Assembly (NCBI GenBank): GCA_044370175.1
Contig: JBILVZ010000001.1
Location: 43,579-107,578, forward strand
DNA from: Methylococcaceae bacterium
Lineage (GTDB): Bacteria > Patescibacteriota > Microgenomatia > UBA1400 > PJMF01
Length of the DNA stretch: 64,000 nucleotides
Reading direction: 5' to 3'
Below, piece by piece: positions 37,720 through 47,264 of the stretch (the first letter of the stretch is position 1; each line of letters opens with the position of its first letter). The position numbers were made by a program, and so were the translations under genes. The notes under the pieces are model-generated. The model was not told the DNA's origin and made no database searches. It was given only the letters and a program-made list of their open reading frames with translations.

Positions 37720-39638
37720 TAGGTACTCATTTTTGCTTTTGGCAGGTTCATCAGTTCTGTAAACTCATCACCATCTAAACTCTCAATATCTAAAAGTTTG
37801 AGTGAGACAACATCAAGTTCTTTTTTATACTTCTTGAGAATATCCAGTGATCGTTTCTTGCCAGCTTCAATTAACTGTAGAACTTCTGCATCTACTTTTT
37901 CCTGAAGTGCTTCAGAAATTTTTTGTGGATCACCCCATGAGCGACTATAGTTCATATCGTACTGTGGAGAGAAGTTCATTGGGCCAAGTGGGCTCATACC
38001 ATAATCCATCACCATCGCACGAGCTATTCTGGTGGCCCGTTCAATATCACTACTCGCTCCCGCCGTTAGCTCCTTGAAAATCAGCTCCTCTGCAGCACGA
38101 CCACCGAGTAGAACCGCAATTTCATCTATCAGCTCTGATTTGGTGGTCTGAACTTTATCTTTTTCTGGTGGAGTTAAGGTAAAGCCAAGCGCCTGGCCAC
38201 GAGAAACAATGGAGATACGATGAACTGGATCAGCATGTGGCGAGACATGGGCAACAATAGCATGCCCTGCTTCATGATAGGCAGTCATTTTACGTTCATA
38301 CTCATCATGTAATCGCTTTTTACTTGGTCCAAGTTTCACTTTCAGTGATGCTTCTTCAATATCATCGCTCGTAATTTCTTCTCTATTTTCGCGAGCGACT
38401 GCAATTGCTGCTTCATTGAGCATGTTTTCGATATCTGCTCCAGAAAACCCAACCGTTCGGCGAGCAACTTTTTCCCAGTTTACCAATTTTGCAAATGGTT
38501 TTTTCTGAGCATGAATGGAGAGAATATATTTTCGCTCTTCAAGATCTGGCAAACTGACAGTAACGCGACGATCAAAGCGACCAGGCCGTACCAGCGCTGG
38601 ATCGAGCATATCTCCACGGTTGGTAGCAGCCATGACAATCACATTATCATTTGGAGTAAAGCCATCCATTTCTACTAAAATCTGATTTAATGTTTGTTCG
38701 CGCTCATCATGTCCACCCATACTGCCATGACCACGAACGCGTCCAATTGCATCAATTTCATCTATAAAAATAATTGCTGGAGCCAACTTCTTGGCAGTTG
38801 CAAATAAATCACGCGCACGAGACGCACCTACACCGACCAGCATTTCCATAAACTCACTACCTGCAATTGATAAGAATTGAACATTGGCTTCACCAGCTAC
38901 CGCTCGAGCAAGCAGCGTTTTACCAGTACCAGCTGGCCCTACCAGTAAGACACCTTTTGGAGTGCGTGCGCCAACCTTTTTGTATTTGCGTGGATCACGC
39001 AGGAAGTCAACAATTTCTTCAAGTTCTCGCTTTGCTTCATCCATTCCACCCACATCTTTAAAGTTAATATTTTGTTTACCCTTTACAAACAGCTTTGCTT
39101 TACTGCGCCCAATACCCATAATGCCATCTTGAGCACCACGAGCTTGGCGGAAAATAAAGAAGAGCACCCCCACCATCAGGATAATGGGTAGTAGCGTCAA
39201 AAGTAGATCCCAGAGCATATTCCAGCCTGAAACAGTTGCCACATCAATATTGGTAGTATTGAGGTCAATATCAGCTGCTGAAAAAACAGCAACTAACTCT
39301 TGGCCTTCTTCTTTTCGGGCAGTTTTTTTTGTATTGTCGTTGTAGCTGATGTTTAAATCGTTGCCAGAGACTTCAATTTTTTTAATTTCTTGATCTCGCA
39401 CATCTTGTATCATTTCTGATAAGGAAATGCGCTGTGTTTCGCCCCTTGAGAAGAGTGAAAAGAGCATCGGCAAGAACAGTAACCCAATAAATACATAGAG
39501 CAATCCCTTGCTCCAGCTCGGGCCAAAATCGAGAGGCATCATCCCAATACGTTTAGAACCATTTTTTTGCGATGTTGTGTTTGGGACCTCTGGGGGAGTG
39601 GGAGTTTTCGTTGGTACTTTTTCAGGTTGTTTTGCCAT
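37719..39638 (-). CDS. ftsH: ATP-dependent zinc metalloprotease FtsH
   Basis: 639 aa. Two N-terminal TMs, AAA module ([13 protein letters not shown]), second region of homology, Zn-binding HEAGHAIV. Confidence 0.95.
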   Translation of the reverse strand: MAKQPEKVPTKTPTPPEVPNTTSQKNGSKRIGMMPLDFGPSWSKGLLYVFIGLLFLPMLFSLFSRGETQRISLSEMIQDVRDQEIKKIEVSGNDLNISYNDNTKKTARKEEGQELVAVFSAADIDLNTTNIDVATVSGWNMLWDLLLTLLPIILMVGVLFFIFRQARGAQDGIMGIGRSKAKLFVKGKQNINFKDVGGMDEAKRELEEIVDFLRDPRKYKKVGARTPKGVLLVGPAGTGKTLLARAVAGEANVQFLSIAGSEFMEMLVGVGASRARDLFATAKKLAPAIIFIDEIDAIGRVRGHGSMGGHDEREQTLNQILVEMDGFTPNDNVIVMAATNRGDMLDPALVRPGRFDRRVTVSLPDLEERKYILSIHAQKKPFAKLVNWEKVARRTVGFSGADIENMLNEAAIAVARENREEITSDDIEEASLKVKLGPSKKRLHDEYERKMTAYHEAGHAIVAHVSPHADPVHRISIVSRGQALGFTLTPPEKDKVQTTKSELIDEIAVLLGGRAAEELIFKELTAGASSDIERATRIARAMVMDYGMSPLGPMNFSPQYDMNYSRSWGDPQKISEALQEKVDAEVLQLIEAGKKRSLDILKKYKKELDVVSLKLLDIESLDGDEFTELMNLPKAKMST

Positions 39639-39728
39639 AATTCCTCAAGCCTACTAATCGTAAGATTGGCACATTTTAACATATAAGTGGAATTATTACT
39701 GGTAAGATTTTCGTAAAATCTAGCCTAT

Positions 39729-40079
39729 TTAGCGGACAATCTCGCCACTTGTAAGTGATTTGTCTGGATGTACCAATGCGGCATCGACGCCACCCGCTGC
39801 AATAATCATTCCTTGACTCTCAACACCTCTGATGGTGCGAGGTTCTAGATTGGCTAGATAGAGGACTTGTTTACCCACTAGATCCTCTGGTCTGTACCAA
39901 GGCTTTATGCCTGAAGCAACGGTACGCTGCCCAAGCTCCCCAACATCTAGCAGCAGCTTGAGTAGCTTATCTGCACCCTCAATTTCGCAAGCCTCCAAAA
40001 CAGTAGCCACTCGAATATCGAGTTTGGCAAAGTCAGCATATACTATAGTTGGTTTTTTTGGTGATTCGGCTATTTGCAT
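39729..40079 (-). CDS. tRNA-binding domain protein (CsaA/Trbp111/MetRS C-terminal-like OB fold)
   Basis: 116 aa. ..KLDIRVATVLEACEIEGADKLLKLLLDVGE..LVGKQVLYLANLEPRTIRGVESQGMI.. Confidence 0.7.
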   Translation of the reverse strand: MQIAESPKKPTIVYADFAKLDIRVATVLEACEIEGADKLLKLLLDVGELGQRTVASGIKPWYRPEDLVGKQVLYLANLEPRTIRGVESQGMIIAAGGVDAALVHPDKSLTSGEIVR

Positions 40080-40106
40080 AGTTCATTTTGTACGTATATC
40101 ATTGGC

Positions 40107-40133
40107 ACCTAAATGCAAAGAAAAAGACCGATA
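40107..40133 (-). terminator. rho-independent terminator
   Basis: Minus strand reads AAAGACCG-tatat-CGGTCTTTTTCTTTG. Downstream of the small membrane-protein gene. Confidence 0.45.
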
Positions 40134-40226
40134 TACGGTCTTTAAATTTGACCATTAGATCACAAACAGAGTTATTCTACTGCTAAACTTTAGTACTGTA
40201 CAGTGATAGTTTGCTCGCCTGGCCTG

Positions 40227-40460
40227 TTAGGTTCGTCTCGTCAATAAGTAAAAGTTTAATACACTTTCGTCAGATCGTGAGAACATTGGTTTATCGAGGT
40301 TATTTTCGACTACACCTGAATTTCCTAGGCTGTGTTTTAGCCACACCATAGTCCCAGCCACACCTACTACTCCTGCCCACAGAAGAATATACTGCCACAA
40401 CCCTCGTTCACTTTTCACTCTTTCCAATGGGTGAGATCCAGTTTCTTGCTGTTGCATCAA
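40227..40460 (-). CDS. small membrane protein (hypothetical)
   Basis: 77 aa with one hydrophobic helix (WQYILLWAGVVGVAGTMVWL). Abuts the trpS stop. Confidence 0.35.
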   Translation of the reverse strand: MMQQQETGSHPLERVKSERGLWQYILLWAGVVGVAGTMVWLKHSLGNSGVVENNLDKPMFSRSDESVLNFYLLTRRT

Positions 40461-41540
40461 TTATCCTAACCCCATTGCTTCTCGTACTTTTTGTACTGTT
40501 TCTTGAGCAATGGCACGGGCGCGGGCGGCTCCAGACTCGATTACCTCCGTCACATAGGCCGGGTCTGCCTCGAGTTGGGCGCGTTTTTCTTGCATGGGTT
40601 GTAGTTCAGCAAAAATTGCTGCAGCAAGCTCTTTTTTCAAATCGCCATAGCGCAACCCAGTGCTTTCGTAGAGCGTTTCATACTCTGCACGCTTTGCAGA
40701 ACCCTGGAAGAGCTCAACAAACTCTAGCAGACTTTTCACCCCAGGTGACTCACTCCCCAGCTGATCATGGTACTCGACAGTTACTTTGCCTTTTTCATTT
40801 GCGTGGCGGCTAATGCTACCTGTACCTGAGTCAGTAGGAGCACTAGAGAGCCGCTTGGTGATAGTAGACAAATCATCAGTCAAGTTTATAAAACTACCTT
40901 CTACACTTTTGCTCATCTTGCCCTCACCCCGCAGTGATGGTACGTACTCACCCTGTGTTGCAAAGCGTTGTGGCTCAGGAAAGTCCAGACCATATGCTTC
41001 GTTCATCTTGCGTGCTACTTCACGCGCAACTTCCAGATGTGGCTCTTGATCAATCCCCACAGGCACAAGGCCAGCCTTATATACCAAAATATCAGCACTC
41101 ATCAAGATTGGGTAGTTGAGCAGTGCCATTGTGGCATGGTCTGGATACTGCTTCACTTTGTCTTTAAATGTAGGTAGGTGCTGCATCCGTGCAATACTCA
41201 TTAGAGATGAAAAATAAAATGAAAGTTCAGTGTGTTGTGGCACCATGGACTGCAAAAAAATGATGGATTTTTCAGGGTCAAGACCGGCCGCCAAGTAGTC
41301 TAAAATAACTTGCCTGCGGTTATCACGCAGCTCAGCTACTCTGTAGGGCGTCGTAATGGTGTGGATATCTGCTACCATGTACAAAGTCTCTATATTTTGA
41401 TCTTTTTGCAACTCAAGCATGCCTTCGACGGCACCCAGATAGTTACCTAGATGTAACCGACCAGTGGCACGAATTCCAGATAGGACGCGTTTTTTAGCAG
41501 TTGTGTTGTAATTGTTTTGTTCAGTTGGTGTGTTATTCAT
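40461..41540 (-). CDS. trpS: tryptophanyl-tRNA synthetase
   Basis: 359 aa. Class I HIGH-type ..SGIRATGRLHLGNYLGAV.. and KMSKS (..GKMSKSVEGS..). Confidence 0.85.
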   Translation of the reverse strand: MNNTPTEQNNYNTTAKKRVLSGIRATGRLHLGNYLGAVEGMLELQKDQNIETLYMVADIHTITTPYRVAELRDNRRQVILDYLAAGLDPEKSIIFLQSMVPQHTELSFYFSSLMSIARMQHLPTFKDKVKQYPDHATMALLNYPILMSADILVYKAGLVPVGIDQEPHLEVAREVARKMNEAYGLDFPEPQRFATQGEYVPSLRGEGKMSKSVEGSFINLTDDLSTITKRLSSAPTDSGTGSISRHANEKGKVTVEYHDQLGSESPGVKSLLEFVELFQGSAKRAEYETLYESTGLRYGDLKKELAAAIFAELQPMQEKRAQLEADPAYVTEVIESGAARARAIAQETVQKVREAMGLG

Positions 41541-41612
41541 AATTTCTTTCTTAATTGTGCTTTATTACTTGATTGTACTTGGTTTAAATCTCTTTTACAG
41601 ACCCGCGAGCTA

Positions 41613-41634
41613 CAAAAAAACCCGCTGTGGCGGG
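41613..41634 (-). terminator. rho-independent terminator downstream of the tyrosine recombinase gene
   Basis: Minus strand reads CCCGCCACAGCGGG-TTTTTTTGTAGC. A 5-bp GC stem plus a T7 tract. A-rich on the other side, so possibly bidirectional. Confidence 0.55.
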
Positions 41635-41762
41635 AGATTTTTACATACAAAAAAAATACTCTCGCCTTATTTAGAGAGTTGCCACCAAGAGAACAGTGAA
41701 AAACATGTCTGTGACATGGAACGTATTATACGCGAAAACTAAAGTGAGCCAAGCAGGAGGAT

Positions 41763-42638
41763 TTATAACTCTTCAATCTGAATATTTGGTTGCATGTCTG
41801 GAGCTTCGATCAGCTTTAAGTATTTTTCAGTGGTGGTAATGCGTTTGTGACCCACCAATTGAGAAATATATACTAGAGGAGTCCCCGCTTTGAGCTGCTC
41901 GACGATAAAAGTGTGGCGTAGATCATTTACTTTCGCATCTTTAATACCTGCCAAACGGAAGTAGCGATCGAGAGCAGTGCGGATATTGCGCACTAAAAAT
42001 GGACGGCACGTCTTGGTGAGGAACATAGTTTTTTCACGAGCACGAGGGCGGGCGGCCATATAATCCATGATCGATTGTTTAGCAGCAGCATTTAATGGTA
42101 CACGACGGGCCCCACGAGCTTCTTGTGGTTGAATCGTGATGACGTTGCGATCTAAGTCTACATCCTGGACTTGGAGCGCAGCTAGTTCACTAATGCGCAT
42201 TCCTGTCTGGAGTAGTAACTCAACGACTGCAGCCATCCGCGCATCACCCCGACAAGCATCACGCAGGGCGCGATACTCAGTCTTACTTAAAATTCTTGGT
42301 GGAGATTGGTCATATTTTGGGTGAGCAATTACGTCAGCTGGATTATCGCCGATAGCACCTTGGTTCTGTAGGTAGCGGAAAAATGCTTTAATAGAGTTAA
42401 TTTTTCGAGAGATAGATTTGCCTGTGTAACGCTGTTTTTTGAGTAGTTCTTTAAAATCTTCAATGTGTGTGTCACTGACATCAGAAGCGTTTCTGCCATT
42501 TTTTTCACGCTCAACATAGTCAATCAGCTGCTCGATGTCTTTACTATAGGCAATGACAGTAGCATGAGCTTTGGCAGCTTGCTTTAATGAATCAACAAAC
42601 TGGCCGTGTGCATCCCGCAGTGTAGTACTAGCGTCCAT
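41763..42638 (-). CDS. tyrosine site-specific recombinase (XerC/XerD-like)
   Basis: 291 aa. N-terminal core-binding domain, catalytic R..(GMRISEL)..HxxR (LRHTF).. and ..GHKRITTTEKYLKL (catalytic Tyr). Confidence 0.85.
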   Translation of the reverse strand: MDASTTLRDAHGQFVDSLKQAAKAHATVIAYSKDIEQLIDYVEREKNGRNASDVSDTHIEDFKELLKKQRYTGKSISRKINSIKAFFRYLQNQGAIGDNPADVIAHPKYDQSPPRILSKTEYRALRDACRGDARMAAVVELLLQTGMRISELAALQVQDVDLDRNVITIQPQEARGARRVPLNAAAKQSIMDYMAARPRAREKTMFLTKTCRPFLVRNIRTALDRYFRLAGIKDAKVNDLRHTFIVEQLKAGTPLVYISQLVGHKRITTTEKYLKLIEAPDMQPNIQIEEL

Positions 42639-42759
42639 AATTTCTTTCTAATTACTTCCTAGGCAAAATTCAAGCCGTTGCGTACAATGTAGCCATGTCT
42701 CAGATACATCAAAGGTGAATTTGCAGGACTTATAGTATCATAAGAAGTGATTTTTTGCA

Positions 42760-43113
42760 ATGCAAAAACTGCTATCCCATCCTATTACTCTTGCGCTCTG
42801 CACCACACTCGCAATTATATTTTATGTTTCACTAGATAAAAGTACGCAAACGGTGCACACCTCTGCTACAACTTTACAAAGTCTCGAACAACAAAATAAA
42901 AAACTCGATACAGAAGTCAAAATACTCGAGGAGCAGGTGCAGTCGGCCCAGACTGAGCTTGCTAAAGAGAAAATCATCCGCAACGAACTCTTGCTGCAAA
43001 AACCAGGAGAGTATGTTGTCCAACTACCAGAGGACATACTACAACCACAGCAAAAAACTGAAACTGAAATACCAGAAACTCCCTGGGAGGCGTGGAAGCG
43101 GCTACTCTACTAA
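42760..43113 (+). CDS. septum formation initiator FtsB/DivIC-like protein
   Basis: 117 aa. One TM helix, then a coiled coil and ..KEKIIRNELLLQKPGEYVVQLPE.., resembling the FtsB ..ARNELSMTRPGE.. motif. Confidence 0.6.
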   Translation: MQKLLSHPITLALCTTLAIIFYVSLDKSTQTVHTSATTLQSLEQQNKKLDTEVKILEEQVQSAQTELAKEKIIRNELLLQKPGEYVVQLPEDILQPQQKTETEIPETPWEAWKRLLY

Positions 43114-43129
43114 ACAGAGAATCTCTAGT

Positions 43130-44323
43130 TTAAGCCAAGATGTACAACTCTTCTTCGGCTCGAGTGATGGCGGTATACAACCAACGCACGGCATGTTCTT
43201 TAAACAAAAATGACTCATCAAATACAAGCGCACGCAGTGCCTGAGAACCTTGGGCTTTGTGCACGGTCAAAGCATAGCCAAAATCAAAACGATCACCCAT
43301 TTTGCTAAAGTGAACACCCGGTAATGTATCGAGCATTTTGGGTGCATTAAACTGCTGTTTACAGATGTGCCCCGCATACGTTTTGGCATCATCACTAAAC
43401 TCCACCTTTGCTTTATACCAGAGCTCTTCTTCTGGACTGATTGAGCTAATTGTACCAATCATGCCGTTGTAAATCGGCCCAGTTTTATTTTCATAAATAT
43501 TTTTTAAACAAACAACAGTATCACCTTTCTGGGGTTCTGGAGATTCAATTCCCTTGGCTGCACGCACTTGACCATTGAGCTTGATACGGGTTTTATTGCT
43601 GCCACATAAGATGAGTGTGTCATTGGTTTGTATAAAGAAGCGTTCCAATAAGTCTGAAGCGTCTTCACTGTAGCGGGAGACTTTGCGTACTTTGCTAGTA
43701 AAATTTTGGAACGGAATTTCCTGCCCCTGCCGAGCCATCGTCGCTAGGTGAATGATGGGATTGCCATCGGCTTGGCGGTGAATTTTTTCAAGACGTACCA
43801 TTGGTTTTTCCATCAAGTTGAAGGTATCACCAATCGGGGGTAACTGCCCATGATCTCCAAAAGCTAGGATAGGAATTTGATAGCGCTGCAGATCCTGCCA
43901 AATATCTCGCGTGATCATCGAAGCCTCATCCACAATGAGTAAGTCGTACTCTAGTTTTTTGTTTCGTTCCCAAGAAACGATACGCCCCTCCTTGTCAGTT
44001 TGCGCAGTGTAGATCAGTTTATGGATCGTACCATTGGTATCAAGCTCAGGATGAAATGCTTTTTGCTGCTGTAGTTTGTTGCCCAAGTTTTGACTGGCTC
44101 TTCCTGTAAAACTTGCAAAGGCAATCCGTTTTTTTGGCTGATGTTTGGCAATATAGTTGCGTAACACACCAATCAGTGTGGTTTTGCCTGTCCCAGCATA
44201 GCCTCCAATACTCAAAAACGCCCCTGTCGGATTGTTGAGCCAATCAATGATGGCAGTAAAAACCTTGAGTTGGTCGGGTGAGAGATCAAATGACTCAGCT
44301 AGGGATTGTAGCGAGCTTGGCAT
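43130..44323 (-). CDS. SF1 DNA helicase, Pif1/RecD-like
   Basis: 397 aa. Walker A GGYAGTGKTT, Walker B LLIVDEASMI, ..FGDHGQLPPI.., C-terminal ..ALTVHKAQGSQ.. and ..YTAITRA.. Confidence 0.7.
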   Translation of the reverse strand: MPSSLQSLAESFDLSPDQLKVFTAIIDWLNNPTGAFLSIGGYAGTGKTTLIGVLRNYIAKHQPKKRIAFASFTGRASQNLGNKLQQQKAFHPELDTNGTIHKLIYTAQTDKEGRIVSWERNKKLEYDLLIVDEASMITRDIWQDLQRYQIPILAFGDHGQLPPIGDTFNLMEKPMVRLEKIHRQADGNPIIHLATMARQGQEIPFQNFTSKVRKVSRYSEDASDLLERFFIQTNDTLILCGSNKTRIKLNGQVRAAKGIESPEPQKGDTVVCLKNIYENKTGPIYNGMIGTISSISPEEELWYKAKVEFSDDAKTYAGHICKQQFNAPKMLDTLPGVHFSKMGDRFDFGYALTVHKAQGSQALRALVFDESFLFKEHAVRWLYTAITRAEEELYILA

Positions 44324-44405
44324 AGACCGTAGTTATACACCAGTATGGAGTAAATTACATCCGAAAGGCTAGCGCGTACTCAATTTTGCAATAAATCTTG
44401 ATTTT

Positions 44406-45062
44406 TTGCTTTGGAGCATCTATATAGTACGTAACATGAAAAAAACTAAAGAAGATTTGACCACTATTGAAAGTCTTGGAAACCATATCGCTCGAGCAGT
44501 TATTGTTGCCCCAGAGCTACACCCCAAAACAAACCAAAAACATGGTGATGTAGTGGTTTTTACTCGTCGCCCATATTGGTCAAAGATAGCACCGGGGGCT
44601 ATTGCCTTGCCTGGAGGAAAAATTGAGTTTGGGGAGAATACTACTGCAGGTGACTTTACAGATATTCTTCCTGCTGAAGTCCAGAATGATCCATTCTATA
44701 GCATCACACTTGAGCAAATGATTCAGGCTGGACTCCACGCTGTAGTGCGTGAGTCTGCAGAAGAACTGGGACTCCTCCTTTTGGCTAAACAGTTGCGGTT
44801 TGTTGACAAATCAACGAATACTGCAGGATGGACAACGTATTGCTATCTAGTTCAATTACTAGAAAAACCTATACTTACAGTAGAATCAGATAGTGCAGGG
44901 ACACTTTGGATGGATACAGATACTATTTTAAACAAGCGACCAAAATTATTATCAGGACATCTTGCCGTGACGCGCAGAGCACTTCGTATACGTAGGAAAA
45001 TAATTCAACCAGATCTAACTTTTACTAATGTTGCGGGGCCGGGAGTCGAACCCGGCCTGTGA
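44406..45062 (+). CDS. NUDIX-like hydrolase with atypical, split Nudix box
   Basis: 218 aa. ..LPGGKIEFGEN.. separated by about 40 aa from ..RESAEELGL.. The 3' end of the ORF runs 32 nt into the minus-strand tRNA gene, so the real stop or extent is uncertain. Confidence 0.4.
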   Translation: MLWSIYIVRNMKKTKEDLTTIESLGNHIARAVIVAPELHPKTNQKHGDVVVFTRRPYWSKIAPGAIALPGGKIEFGENTTAGDFTDILPAEVQNDPFYSITLEQMIQAGLHAVVRESAEELGLLLLAKQLRFVDKSTNTAGWTTYCYLVQLLEKPILTVESDSAGTLWMDTDTILNKRPKLLSGHLAVTRRALRIRRKIIQPDLTFTNVAGPGVEPGL

Positions 45063-45099
45063 GATTATGAGCCTCACGTGCACCGTACACTACCCCGCG
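45031..45099 (-). tRNA. tRNA-Met (anticodon CAT), initiator-like, compact D-arm
   Basis: Minus-strand sequence CGCGGGG-TA-GTGTACGGTGCAC-G-TGAGG-CTCATAA-TCTCA-CAGG-CCGGG-TTCGACT-CCCGG-CCCCGCA-A. Anticodon loop CUCAUAA. C1xA72 mismatch and 5' CGCGGGG / 3' CCCCGCAA ends like bacterial tRNA-fMet. Only 69 nt because of a very short D-loop and a 4-nt variable loop. CCA not encoded. Confidence 0.6.
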
Positions 45100-45265
45100 C
45101 GTGCATTTTCCCAATCAAGATAACTCTTGAGGAGTCTTAATTATACCATACCCCCACCCCAACCAGAGGGGCAAAAGATGCATTGAGTACACTTTCCTGC
45201 CTGACCAACACACCAAAATCTGCTATAATTTGCGCGTTGTGAGGTACAATACAGCACAGTATAGC

Positions 45266-45339
45266 GCCAGGGTAGCTCAGTTGGTTAGAGCATGGGATTC
45301 ATAAACCCAAGGTCGTGAGTTCGAATCTCACCTCTGGTA
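45266..45339 (+). tRNA. tRNA with CAT anticodon (elongator Met or Ile2-lysidine type)
   Basis: GCCAGGG-TA-GCTC-AGTTGGTTA-GAGC-A-TGGGA-TTCATAA-ACCCA-AGGTC-GTGAG-TTCGAAT-CTCAC-CTCTGGT-A. Canonical cloverleaf with GG in the D-loop and TTCGAAT in the T-loop. A31/A39 mismatch closes the anticodon loop. CCA not encoded. Confidence 0.7.
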
Positions 45340-45343
45340 CACT

Positions 45344-45955
45344 ATGGTACGCTTTTCTTTTTCAGACCCTAATGTCATAGCAGCCACTAGTTATAAAACC
45401 ACTTCCTCCCCGTTTCCAGAACTACCTGAGCTAGCAAAAACGCATGTGGTGGCAATGAACCAAACTCACGGAGCCAACTGCAGCATCGTCACGAACTACA
45501 CAACAGAGACGGTACTCGACACCGATGCTGTTTTGACTTCACTTCCTAACCTAACACTATCCGTCAAGACCGCCGACTGTCTACCAATCCTTTTATGGCA
45601 TCCCAAAGGCATTATTGGGGCACTCCATGCTGGGAGGCTTGGAACAAGACAACATATCTTAAAAAAAACACTTCGATTGCTCAAAACTCAGTTTGCGGTA
45701 GTAGATGGTGTGGAGTTGGTTTTTGGGCCTGCTATTTGCAAAGATTGTTACTCCATTCAGCTCAACCCAACAGTTTATTTTGATTTAGTACAGGAAAACA
45801 TCAAGCAAGCTCAGGATATCTTTCCTTCTCCCCAAATTAAAATACAACTCTCTGGGCGCTGTACTGCTCACGAGGGAGAATTTTTTCATTCCTACCGACG
45901 AGATGGCAAAGGTGTGCCTATGAACTATAGTCTGATTTGTAGAGGTGAAAACTGA
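45344..45955 (+). CDS. PgeF/YfiH-family (DUF152, laccase-domain) purine nucleoside / peptidoglycan-editing enzyme
   Basis: 203 aa. ..HGANCSIV..TADCLPILL..HAGRLGT..CTAHEGEFFHSYRRDG.. (conserved His/Cys/His triad and the SYRRD motif). The true start may be an internal Met. Confidence 0.7.
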   Translation: MVRFSFSDPNVIAATSYKTTSSPFPELPELAKTHVVAMNQTHGANCSIVTNYTTETVLDTDAVLTSLPNLTLSVKTADCLPILLWHPKGIIGALHAGRLGTRQHILKKTLRLLKTQFAVVDGVELVFGPAICKDCYSIQLNPTVYFDLVQENIKQAQDIFPSPQIKIQLSGRCTAHEGEFFHSYRRDGKGVPMNYSLICRGEN

Positions 45956-45956
45956 A

Positions 45957-47201
45957 CTAGCTACCCCAACCCAAAAGGCGTTGGAAGAAGCCTGGTTTTT
46001 TTGGCTCTGCGATAGGTTCCGCAGACGGGGGTGCTGTGGGCTCTGTAGGAGCTGTCTGGGTGAGAGCAATTTTTGGAGTTTTTTCTAATGAATTAATGTC
46101 CTGGGCAGTTAGTCTTTTTACAGACTGTGCTGGCGTTTCAACTATTATTTCTGGAAGCTCTGGAAGTGCCTCGGGAGTCGGCAGAACCGCCTTCTCTTCT
46201 GGTGCATCCAACATTGCCTGCGTTTGTACCTGAGGCTCAGCTTCTCTTTTTTCTCGCGCAGTTCTCTCTTGTTGCACCTTTTGCAGCTTAGTGGTAAAGG
46301 TATCCCACAACTGGAGTGCACGATCCACCACTCTCAGTTTCTGCACAACATCGACTGCCATCAGCTGCTCGTCTTTGAGCACTAACATGATCAATTCTTG
46401 ACCAGTGACTTCTCGGGTGGGAAAGCGCACACGATACTCAGCAAGAATACGATCTGCGTTGGTTTGGACAAACGCTTCCTGCTCTCTTTTTTCTTTGGCC
46501 GCCTGCTCAGCTTGTTTTTTTGCTGCCAACTCGGCTTGGGTGCGGGCAATGTCGCGTGCTTGTTGTGCTTGCGCACGATAATCAATTCGCGGGCGACGTT
46601 CAGGCTCTGGGGCAGGTACTAGATTGGTTACTGCGGGTGCTTCTGGTGCTTGCGTAGTGGAAACTTGAGCTGCTCCTACTGTACGAGCAGCAGTTTCGGG
46701 ACTAGTATTTGAGATTTCTTGATTTACGAGCGGTGTAACAGGAGTGAGCAATACTTGAGCTCCCGCTAGAGCTTCTGGGGAAGAAGCTACAGCGTCGGTA
46801 CGATCTGGAGGTCGTTGTATGCTCGCCATAAGCTGCATAATATTTAGCTCTCTTTTTCCGCCACCGATCAAGTCTAGTACTTTCTGCCAAGGTAATTTAC
46901 GACCAGCCGTCTCTGTTTTTGCTTGCTGCTCACGGTGGGCTATCTCTGCTTTAACTGCTCTCAACTCTTCCATTCGGGCACTAAACTCACTCCTAGAAGA
47001 AGCACTATTTGCATACATTTGTAGGTTTGCTGCATGCGCGCGCAGTTCTCTCATAGATGCACTCGGATCTATCCGAAGTTTTTCTAAAATTTGTCTTCGC
47101 GCAACATCAGACCCATTATTAAGTCCACGGTTGTCGCCGCGTAGAGTGGCTTCACCATTCCCATTGGCATGCACAAGATGAACTAATTCTAGTGTGGTCA
47201 T
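45957..47201 (-). CDS. hypothetical protein with coiled-coil and Ala/Pro/Gln/Glu-rich low-complexity regions
   Basis: 414 aa. Higher GC than its surroundings. Central ..AELAAKKQAEQAAKEKREQEA.. and C-terminal PTEPTAPPSAEPIAEP repeats. Confidence 0.4.
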   Translation of the reverse strand: MTTLELVHLVHANGNGEATLRGDNRGLNNGSDVARRQILEKLRIDPSASMRELRAHAANLQMYANSASSRSEFSARMEELRAVKAEIAHREQQAKTETAGRKLPWQKVLDLIGGGKRELNIMQLMASIQRPPDRTDAVASSPEALAGAQVLLTPVTPLVNQEISNTSPETAARTVGAAQVSTTQAPEAPAVTNLVPAPEPERRPRIDYRAQAQQARDIARTQAELAAKKQAEQAAKEKREQEAFVQTNADRILAEYRVRFPTREVTGQELIMLVLKDEQLMAVDVVQKLRVVDRALQLWDTFTTKLQKVQQERTAREKREAEPQVQTQAMLDAPEEKAVLPTPEALPELPEIIVETPAQSVKRLTAQDINSLEKTPKIALTQTAPTEPTAPPSAEPIAEPKKPGFFQRLLGWGS

Positions 47202-47264
47202 ATATTTATAGTAACAAATTTATTTTGTAAATGTAAGCTACATGCGTATATTTACATATCATCT

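Noticed and set aside
41613-45099. Possible small integrated element: tyrosine recombinase plus Pif1-like helicase plus NUDIX-like gene, ending at the 3' end of the initiator-like tRNA and bounded by a strong terminator.
   Set aside because: No direct repeat of the tRNA 3' end (for example GGAGTCGAACC) is visible near the recombinase-distal boundary. An FtsB/DivIC-like housekeeping gene lies inside the interval. A single Xer-type recombinase is expected as the chromosomal dimer-resolution enzyme. It is kept only as a low-probability idea.
45266-45339. Alternative anticodon-loop parse of the plus-strand tRNA giving anticodon TCA (a UGA-reading suppressor).
   Set aside because: That parse leaves the anticodon stem unpaired (A27-C43, G31-A39). 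The standard parse with CAT gives 4 good pairs plus one A/A mismatch and matches Met/Ile2 tRNAs closely.
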